Positions 25,652-32,360 of a stretch of DNA of 64,000 bases are shown here, piece after piece. The notes beneath the pieces were generated by a model. It did no database searches. It saw nothing but the letters and a program-made list of their open reading frames with translations, and was not told the DNA's origin. This stretch comes from Synergistota bacterium. GTDB taxonomy: Bacteria > Synergistota > Synergistia > Synergistales > Synergistaceae. Made by a program: the position numbers and the translations under genes. Every line of letters starts with the position of its first letter. The stretch's first letter is position 1. Location: NCBI GenBank assembly GCA_034331105.1, contig JAXQGB010000006.1, forward strand, positions 40,034-104,033. The letters are read 5' to 3'.

Positions 25652-25683
25652 CAAAAAAGCTCCGCAGGATTCCTGCGGAGCTT
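25652..25683 (-). terminator. Terminator of the tRNA-Tyr/tRNA-Thr transcription unit
   Basis: Stem AAGCTCCGCAGGA(T)TCCTGCGGAGCTT with TTTTTT on the minus-strand transcript. Confidence 0.7.
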
Positions 25684-25693
25684 GTATTATCAC

Positions 25694-25769
25694 TGGAGCC
25701 GCCTCCCGGACTCGGACCGGGGACCCCATCCTTACCATGGATGTGCTCTACCTACTGAGCTAAGGCGGC
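25694..25769 (-). tRNA. tRNA-Thr (anticodon GGT), CCA encoded
   Basis: Manual cloverleaf: acceptor GCCGCCT/AGGCGGC, anticodon arm CATCC-ATGGTAA-GGATG, T arm CCCGG-TCCGAGT-CCGGG. Confidence 0.9.
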
Positions 25770-25806
25770 AACCAATAATGCGGTAAGGGCATTTTGGGCA
25801 AAATAA

Positions 25807-25892
25807 TGGTGGTAGGAGCTGGATTTGAACCAGCGTAGGCTCTCGCCGACAGATTTACAGTCTGTTGCCTTTGACCACTCGGCCATCCTACC
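25807..25892 (-). tRNA. tRNA-Tyr (anticodon GTA), long variable arm, CCA encoded
   Basis: Acceptor GGTAGGA/TCCTACC, anticodon loop CTGTAAA, T arm GCTGG-TTCAAAT-CCAGC. Confidence 0.9.
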
Positions 25893-25932
25893 ACTCAAAT
25901 GAACCCGCACAAGGCAGTATTCACGGGAAAAC

Positions 25933-25960
25933 ATTCTACCTTATATCCCAAGTTTGTCAA
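25933..25960 (-). promoter_or_regulatory. Sigma70-type promoter for the tRNA operon
   Basis: Minus strand: TTGACA, a 16-nt spacer, then TAGAAT, about 40 nt upstream of the tRNA-Tyr 5' end. Confidence 0.55.
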
Positions 25961-26179
25961 GCCAGCACTTGGGCGAAAATGTCCTGCTTTCTGACTGCAC
26001 TTAAATGGCGTCCTGTGCCGCTTGATGTGATGTTCATGCCTGTGTAAAAAATGATATCTGTTTATGAAGAATTAAAACAATCCCTGCCTCTTATGTTAGA
26101 ATATGCGCACATGATGCAGGCACAAGAATGCAAATAAATGAACGGTTCCGGTTTTTGAAGTGCGGCTCATTGATAAAAA

Positions 26180-26354
26180 ACTGAATATCAGCGTCTTTTA
26201 AGGGGGAATCCGGTGCAAGTCCGGAGCGGCCCCGCCACTGTTACCCTTGATGGGAAGTCAGGCGACCCGAGAAAAGATGATGGATGTTATGCGCGGGCGT
26301 TGTTCATCCTCATTGTGTAAAATTATTGAGGAAGCCGTTCGGCTTCCTTTTTTG
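26180..26354 (+). promoter_or_regulatory. Cobalamin riboswitch with terminator expression platform
   Basis: AAGGGGGAATCCGGTGCAAGTCCGGAGCGGCCCCGCCACTGT core with B12 box GCCACTG at 26234-26240. Hairpin AGGAAGCC-GTTC-GGCTTCCT plus T-run at 26329-26354. Confidence 0.85.
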
Positions 26355-26386
26355 TTGCCATATATATATGGGAAAGAGGTATTTTC

Positions 26387-27283
26387 TTGAAGAGATCAAA
26401 GCTCTTTTTGCCGATAGTAATTATTATGCTGATGTTGCCGATCACAGCCTGGGCTTCTCCCAAAAGGATAATCTCGATGACTCCTGTCGGAACGGAGATC
26501 CTCTTTGCCCTTGGGCAGGGAGACAGCATAATCGGAGTGACAAATTTCTGCGATTATCCGCCTGAAGCGACGAAAAAGCCGAAGATGGGCGATTTCGCAG
26601 CCTTAAACTTTGAAATGCTTATGTCAATGAAGACCGACCTGCTCCTTCTTCAGGACATGCACATGCAGTTTACCCCCCAGCTGGACAGGCTTAAGATACC
26701 CTACATCGTCATGAAGCAGAACACCATAGATGAGATATGCGATTCCATAACCAGGCTGGGGAAAATTTGCTTGGCGCAGGCCAAGGCGCAAAAACTGGTC
26801 TCCGGGATACGTGCGGACGTAAAACTGGTGACGTCGAAGGTCAAGGGTCTGGATAAGCCAAAAGTACTTCTCTGTGTATCAAGGGAGCTTTCCGAGCACC
26901 AGATCAACAGCTTCTACGTTGCGGGCAATAACAATTTCTACGGAGAGATGATCGCGCTGGCCGGAGGAGAAAACGCAGTAACAGAGAAAAAAATATCCTA
27001 CCCGCAGGTCTCGCTTGAAGGGCTGATGACAATAAACCCGAACGTCATCATAGACCTTGTCGGAGACAAGACTTTTTATCATTCAAAAGACAAAATAGAC
27101 GTGGATACGATCTTCAATGAAAAATACCTTAAGGGCCAGTGGCAGAGAAGCGCAAAGGTCGACGCGGTCAACAAGGGAAGAATATATATAATGCAGGGTA
27201 CTGTTTATCTCAGGCCGGGAGCCAGGTCCGGCATGATATTGAAGGCATTCGCAAAAGCGATCCATCCGGAGGTCAAATGGTGA
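26387..27283 (+). CDS. Periplasmic-binding-protein type ABC substrate-binding protein (BtuF-like)
   Basis: TTG start after GGGAAAGAGG. Signal peptide. RIISMTPVGTEILFALGQGDSIIGVTNFCDYP motif. Riboswitch upstream. Confidence 0.8.
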   Translation: MKRSKLFLPIVIIMLMLPITAWASPKRIISMTPVGTEILFALGQGDSIIGVTNFCDYPPEATKKPKMGDFAALNFEMLMSMKTDLLLLQDMHMQFTPQLDRLKIPYIVMKQNTIDEICDSITRLGKICLAQAKAQKLVSGIRADVKLVTSKVKGLDKPKVLLCVSRELSEHQINSFYVAGNNNFYGEMIALAGGENAVTEKKISYPQVSLEGLMTINPNVIIDLVGDKTFYHSKDKIDVDTIFNEKYLKGQWQRSAKVDAVNKGRIYIMQGTVYLRPGARSGMILKAFAKAIHPEVKW

Positions 27284-28074
27284 ACGGGGCTGATTTTCTC
27301 CATGTTGAAGGGCTCTCGCTTGAACTGGGAGGGGCTCACGTACTTGAGAACATCTCCTTTTCCCTCGGAAAAGGCAGATACCTTGGCATAATAGGTCCCA
27401 ACGGCGCAGGAAAGAGTTCACTTCTCAAATGCATCGGCCGCCTTTATAAAAACTTTACGGGTCGGGTCTCGCTTGAAGGCAGTCCGCTCTCCTCCATGTC
27501 CGAAAGGGCGCTTGCCAGAAGGATAGCCTGGGTGCATCAGACAGGATCTGATTCGCTTCCCTTCACGGTCAGGGAGTTCGCGCTCATGTCCCGTTATCCG
27601 TGGCAGAAGGCGATCGGGGGCGAGACGGTCGAGGACAGGGCGATAATAGACAGATCCCTTGAAACGGCAGGAGTAACGAACATTTCAGACCGTCAGCTGA
27701 ACAGCCTCAGCGGAGGAGAACGCCAGAAGGCCCTTATTGCGGCTGCCCTGGCACAGAGCACGGACATACTTTTTCTTGATGAGCCCACGAGCTTTCTTGA
27801 TTACAGGCATCAGGTCGAGACACTGGAACTCATCGAGAGGGTCAACAGGGACCAGGGGATGACGATCCTCCTGGTGACACATGACATAAACCTTGCGCTT
27901 CACGGAGCTGATGAGATCCTTGCCATAAAGCGCGGCAAGATGGTCTGGCAAGGGGACAGCGCGGAGCTTCTTGAAAATGGCCTCTTGTCGGAGATATTCG
28001 AGACGGAATTTGAAGACTTCCGTTCAGAGGGACAGCTTATGCCCTATGTAGCACCAAGAGGGTTTGTAAGATGA
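27277..28074 (+). CDS. ABC transporter ATP-binding protein (BtuD/FepC-like)
   Basis: Walker A GPNGAGKSS, signature LSGGERQ, Walker B ILFLDEPTS. The ATG at 27277 overlaps the upstream stop. Confidence 0.85.
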   Translation: MVNGADFLHVEGLSLELGGAHVLENISFSLGKGRYLGIIGPNGAGKSSLLKCIGRLYKNFTGRVSLEGSPLSSMSERALARRIAWVHQTGSDSLPFTVREFALMSRYPWQKAIGGETVEDRAIIDRSLETAGVTNISDRQLNSLSGGERQKALIAAALAQSTDILFLDEPTSFLDYRHQVETLELIERVNRDQGMTILLVTHDINLALHGADEILAIKRGKMVWQGDSAELLENGLLSEIFETEFEDFRSEGQLMPYVAPRGFVR

Positions 28075-29054
28075 AGCGCATGTCACTGCCCCTTCTCTTT
28101 ATCTTTTCACTTTCGGTAGTTGCTGTGGCGCCCTTTGTCGGCATGCAGCAGATAAGCATCTCCGATCTTTTTGGCGGGGACGAGAATATCATGCGGATCA
28201 TGTGGGATCTGAGGGTTCCTCGAGTATTGCTGGGATGGATCACCGGCTCCACTCTGGCCCTCTGCGGCCTGATCTTCCAGGCCCTTTTCAGAAACCCGCT
28301 GGCCTCTCCTGACATGCTCGGGGTATCAACAGGAGCTGCGTTTGGGGCTGTCGTATACATAAGGACCGGTATAGTCTTCTCGCTTTTTAACGCAGTATCG
28401 GGACTCTCGCTGGCTGCATTTGGCGGAGCTCTGGCTGCAACGTTTGCAATTTATGCCGCAGGCAACCTGAGGCGGGGAGGCATGTCCGAAGCGACACTGC
28501 TCCTTGCCGGAGTTGCGATGAGCTTTCTCTTTGGGAGCCTCAATATGATGATCCAGTTCACGGGCGGTTACATCGATACTTTCAGGATGATGAGATGGTC
28601 GATGGGAGGCATACAGGCCGTGGGGTTCGCCCCTGTCTTTGCCACACTGCCGGCCCTGGCAGTCATCTTCGCGATAGCCTTTATAACAGCGCCTGAGCTG
28701 AACCTCTTCGTCTGCGGCGAGGACATAGCCGCAAGCCGGGGAGTCTCGGTGGTGAAGCTGAGAAGGCTTCTATTCTTCTCTGTATCGATAGTCATAGGCA
28801 TCAATGTCGCAACATGTGGCCCGATAGGATTTGTTGGACTTCTTGGGCCTCATATATGCAGAAAATTTGTAGGAACTGACCACAGAAAACTTGCAGTGGC
28901 ATCCCTGCTCTTCGGAGGTGCATTCCTTGTTCTGTGTGACACAGCGGCCAGGATGCTCTGGGCTCCGGCGGAAGTTCCTGTCGGTGTCCTTACTTCTTGC
29001 ATAGGATCCATATTCTTCCTGTGGCTTCTTGTAAGGGCTAAACGTAATTTCTGA
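28071..29054 (+). CDS. FecCD-family ABC permease (BtuC-like)
   Basis: 327-aa polytopic protein with GPIGFVGLLGPHICR motif. ATGA overlap with the ATPase gene. Confidence 0.85.
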   Translation: MKRMSLPLLFIFSLSVVAVAPFVGMQQISISDLFGGDENIMRIMWDLRVPRVLLGWITGSTLALCGLIFQALFRNPLASPDMLGVSTGAAFGAVVYIRTGIVFSLFNAVSGLSLAAFGGALAATFAIYAAGNLRRGGMSEATLLLAGVAMSFLFGSLNMMIQFTGGYIDTFRMMRWSMGGIQAVGFAPVFATLPALAVIFAIAFITAPELNLFVCGEDIAASRGVSVVKLRRLLFFSVSIVIGINVATCGPIGFVGLLGPHICRKFVGTDHRKLAVASLLFGGAFLVLCDTAARMLWAPAEVPVGVLTSCIGSIFFLWLLVRAKRNF

Positions 29055-29088
29055 TCATCTGGATATGAAAAGACGGGAGAGATAATAA

Positions 29089-29715
29089 TTGCTTGAATAC
29101 ATGAGATCGGGTGGAATAATAATGTGGGTGATCGCGGCGCTTTCTGTCATAGCGCTGGCGGTAGTGGTAGAGAGGCTGCTCTTTTTCAGAAGTGCTTCCA
29201 CAAATCCGGAGGCGCTTGAGGAGGCCTTTGGCAAAGCAGTATCTGAGAACAACATAGACGAAGCAAGGAAAGTGGTAAGGTCATCGCAGAGCTCCCTCCA
29301 CAGGCTTTTCTTCGCAGCCTTCGCCCATTGGGGTGTGGGAAGGGAGGACATGAAGCTCCTTGTCGAGCAGCAGGTCCGCCGTGAGCTATACAGGTGGGAA
29401 AAACACCTCTTTATACTTGAGATAGTGGGAAAAACAGCCCCGTTGCTCGGACTTCTCGGAACAGTGCTTGGAATGGTCGAGATGTTCCAGTCCCTGCATC
29501 TTGGAGGCCAGATAAACGCAGCGACCGTTACAGGAGGCATCTGGAAGGCCCTCTTTACGACTGTCGCGGGACTGACAGTTGCGATACCTGTGATATTCGC
29601 CCACGGACTCCTGCTCTCCCGCATAGACAGCGAAGAGGAAACCCTTAACAGGGGCGCCGATTACCTTATAAGGGAACACTTCACAAGTCATGGTGGGGAA
29701 AGTGCGAAGGCGTAA
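29089..29715 (+). CDS. exbB: MotA/TolQ/ExbB proton-channel protein
   Basis: APLLGLLGTVLGMVEMF motif and three TM segments. TTG start 8 nt after GGGAGAG. Confidence 0.8.
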   Translation: MLEYMRSGGIIMWVIAALSVIALAVVVERLLFFRSASTNPEALEEAFGKAVSENNIDEARKVVRSSQSSLHRLFFAAFAHWGVGREDMKLLVEQQVRRELYRWEKHLFILEIVGKTAPLLGLLGTVLGMVEMFQSLHLGGQINAATVTGGIWKALFTTVAGLTVAIPVIFAHGLLLSRIDSEEETLNRGADYLIREHFTSHGGESAKA

Positions 29716-30085
29716 ATCAAGGCGTTTTGCAGACATAGATGTTACGCCCCTCATAGACGTACTGTTTATGCTGATAATCTTTTTTGTCCTGACCGCAACA
29801 TTCATTCAGGGCAAACTGGATATCGATCTTCCTTCAGGAGAGGGTGAGACTTCAGACATGAAGAGCGCCCTGACCCTTACAGTGGAAAAGGACGGGGCGA
29901 TATTCTGGGAAGGGGTCAAGGTCTCGAAAGATGAACTCCCCGAACTTGCCAAAGCTGCCGGAGGGCGGGAAATACTCATTGCCGGGGATAAAAACGCTCC
30001 CTACGGCAGAGTTGCAGAAGTCCTCTCCATACTCCGAAAAGTAGGTATAACCTCAGCAGGTCTTCTAATGGAGGGCGAAAACTGA
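29690..30085 (+). CDS. exbD: ExbD/TolR biopolymer transport protein
   Basis: IDVTPLIDVLFMLIIFF TM motif. 131 aa. Confidence 0.8.
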   Translation: MVGKVRRRKSRRFADIDVTPLIDVLFMLIIFFVLTATFIQGKLDIDLPSGEGETSDMKSALTLTVEKDGAIFWEGVKVSKDELPELAKAAGGREILIAGDKNAPYGRVAEVLSILRKVGITSAGLLMEGEN

Positions 30086-30087
30086 TA

Positions 30088-30777
30088 ATGAACGAGTCCC
30101 GTGAGAGGCTTTTCTGGGTCATAGCGCTCACATTGAGCATTACAGCGCATGCCGCATTTGTGCTGCTGATGCCCGGTGGTGCTGTGAAGCCGGAGATAAA
30201 GCCGATCATGAGAGTCCGCCTCGCAATGGCCGATAAAAAGAGTGCACCGGTTCCTGTGCCGGTCCCGATAAGGAAAGAGGCGCCGGCAGAGAAAAAGGCC
30301 GTCCCCAAAAAAGAGGCTGTTACCAAAAAACAGCCTCAAAAAAAGGCGGAGCCTGCAAAGGCAGTAAAAACGCCGTCTGAAAAGGCTCCCGTGGAGGAAT
30401 TTCAGGCAGTTGCAGAGACCGCAGACAGCGTGGTGGGGACTCCTGTAAAAGCAACTAACGATGCAGTCCCCGCAGATAACTTTCCGGCCTCGCCTCCCCA
30501 GGCTCAGCCGGAAAGGATCGTTGAAATAGGATCCCTTGAAGTCGTAAAAAAAGTCCTGCCGGATTATTCTTCTTTTTCAAGAAAACGTAAAGAAGAGGGA
30601 ACAGTAAAAATAATAGCGACCGTGAGGACAGACGGAAGAGTCGTTACCGCAGAGGTCGAGAGCTCAAGCGGATATCCTAGGCTTGATGAAAGCGCTCTGC
30701 GAGCTGTCAGGCAGTGGCTGTTCAAAAACAGCGGCACAGTCAGGGTCAGAGTGCCCGTGACGTTTAGGCTTAAATAG
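30088..30777 (+). CDS. tonB: TonB family energy transducer
   Basis: N-terminal TM segment, Pro/Lys-rich spacer (PVPVPVPIRKEAPAEKKAVPKKE) and a TonB C-terminal domain (YPRLDESALRAVRQW). Confidence 0.8.
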   Translation: MNESRERLFWVIALTLSITAHAAFVLLMPGGAVKPEIKPIMRVRLAMADKKSAPVPVPVPIRKEAPAEKKAVPKKEAVTKKQPQKKAEPAKAVKTPSEKAPVEEFQAVAETADSVVGTPVKATNDAVPADNFPASPPQAQPERIVEIGSLEVVKKVLPDYSSFSRKRKEEGTVKIIATVRTDGRVVTAEVESSSGYPRLDESALRAVRQWLFKNSGTVRVRVPVTFRLK

Positions 30778-31067
30778 ACAGCGAGGTGCAGGACGCGGTC
30801 CTGCCGGGGAGTCTATTGGGAATCGGTTGGGAATCAATTGCAAATCGGTAGTATAAAAATCATGGCTTAGCAGTTGCTAAGTCCGGTGGCTAAGAGAAGC
30901 CGTGGAAATCGGTTGACAGCTACCGCTATTGACTCCCAATTGATTCGCTATCGGCTACCCGGCGGGTGGGTCTCCGCCAGCCTTTATCGCCGCTTCACTA
31001 TTCAAGTGGCATATCGGGCAGGACGAAAAGGGTAAGGTATTTTTAGACCGAAGAATGGTGGGTATTT

Positions 31068-31889
31068 ATGATAAAAAGAGATCTTGAGCTTGCGGGGTTG
31101 CGTTTTGGAGGGACTTCGTGGGTCACTCCCGGGACATTTGCCGATAATATGAGGTGTCTTTTCCCGGATGTGAGCGATATGGAAATTGTCCTTTTCGATA
31201 CCCCGGAGCACTCCAATATGCCCTCAAAAGATGAGATCCGTGCCCTGAGGGACCTGTGCAGTGAACTGGATATGTCCTGTACCGTGCACTTCCCGGCAGA
31301 AATATGCGTCTCCTGCTCAGCCTCAGAGAGACAAGAGAGGGAAGATATGTGTCTGAGGACGATCGAACTCTTTGCCCCTCTTGATCCATTTGCCTGGATA
31401 CTGCATGTCGTTGGAGAAAAGAGAGGTAATTTTCCAAGTGCTGAGATAGACAGCTGGCTTGAAAAGAGCATCAAGTCGGCAGGAACGATCGCAGGCGCGG
31501 TCGACGACAGCAGAAAGATCTGCATTGAAACTCTGGACTATGATCCAAGCTATGTTGGGCACCTCGCAGGCTCAGCAGGAACTTCAATATGTCTTGACAT
31601 CGGACACCTGATAAAATGCGGCCGCCCTGTTCTTGAAACTGCCGCGAGTTTGGCAGATGATGTAAGGGTGCTGCACACCCACGGTGTCATGGCGGACGGA
31701 ACTGATCACAGGGACCTCTCATACTTTGATCCGGGTCTTTTTGAATCCGTGACAGAGATGATGTCCGGCGGAAATGAGAGAGTTATGACGATAGAGGTCT
31801 TTGAAGACGACTATAGCCGTTCGATCGAAGCATTGAAAAAAATGAAGAACGATATTGGGAGCCCTGTCTTAACAGGTCGACAATACTGA
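31068..31889 (+). CDS. Xylose isomerase-like / AP endonuclease 2 TIM-barrel protein, possibly a CbiR-type cobamide remodelling phosphodiesterase
   Basis: Metal-ligand pattern ICIETLD, CLDIGHL, LHTHGV, MTIEVF. Sits between two B12-riboswitch transport units. The CbiR call is by context only. Confidence 0.45.
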   Translation: MIKRDLELAGLRFGGTSWVTPGTFADNMRCLFPDVSDMEIVLFDTPEHSNMPSKDEIRALRDLCSELDMSCTVHFPAEICVSCSASERQEREDMCLRTIELFAPLDPFAWILHVVGEKRGNFPSAEIDSWLEKSIKSAGTIAGAVDDSRKICIETLDYDPSYVGHLAGSAGTSICLDIGHLIKCGRPVLETAASLADDVRVLHTHGVMADGTDHRDLSYFDPGLFESVTEMMSGGNERVMTIEVFEDDYSRSIEALKKMKNDIGSPVLTGRQY

Positions 31890-31994
31890 GAGGCTTTGGC
31901 TCCAGAGATCCAATATGATACAGGATCTTATTTTTTCATTGGCACACATTCTTGACAGGAGAATGTCAATGAGGTAAAACTTAGTGACAATAAA

Positions 31995-32271
31995 ATAACG
32001 TCATTGGAATTTCAGTCAAGGGAATCCGGTCAGATGCCGGAGCAGCCCCGCTACTGTGACCGCGACGAAACCGTATTTAGCCACTGTCTGAGGATGGGAA
32101 GGCACGGGAGTAGGATGAACGGGAGCCAGGAGACCTGCTGAAATACCGTATCGTTGATCATCGCGCGGGCGAGAGGCGGCAAACTGTATCCTGACAGGCA
32201 TATCTGTCTGAGGATACGAAATATGTTTGTCACAGAGGGACCCCGGATATCAAGGGAGTCCCTCTTTTTTT
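31995..32271 (+). promoter_or_regulatory. Cobalamin riboswitch with terminator expression platform
   Basis: AAGGGAATCCGGTCAGATGCCGGAGCAGCCCCGCTACTGT... core with B12 box GCCACTG at 32080-32086. Terminator AGAGGGAC...GTCCCTCT plus T7 at 32234-32271. Confidence 0.85.
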
Positions 32272-32360
32272 ACAGGTATTTTTGAAGGGGTGAGGAATAA
32301 CGGAACAAACCGGGAAATTATTATTTGGAAGATCTCATATCATAGTTTTATATTTAAGGA

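Noticed and set aside
24090-25690. Prophage, integrative element or IS next to the tRNA genes
   Set aside because: No integrase, transposase, recombinase or terminal inverted repeats typical of an IS were seen. Only the duplicated palindromic terminator and lower apparent GC remain, and these are reported as a finding rather than as a mobile element.
25528-25763. Two plus-strand ORFs of about 75 aa (25528-25758, 25542-25763) and the minus-strand ORF 25752-25934
   Set aside because: They overlap tRNA-Thr, tRNA-Tyr and their terminator, so the sequence is explained by RNA genes.
26284-26565. 93-aa ORF starting inside the first cobalamin riboswitch
   Set aside because: It runs through the riboswitch terminator hairpin and out of frame into the BtuF-like gene. 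The TTG start at 26387, with its RBS, explains the region better.
27139-27276. Upstream extension of the ABC ATPase ORF into the binding-protein gene
   Set aside because: The extension overlaps the 3' end of the BtuF-like gene in another frame. The conserved ATPase N-terminus begins at the ATG at 27277, which overlaps the upstream stop.
29055-29624. 189-aa minus-strand ORF antisense to exbB (and similarly 31043-31525 antisense to the TIM-barrel gene)
   Set aside because: Both lie opposite well-supported genes within a tightly packed plus-strand operon. Neither has an RBS or a recognisable motif.
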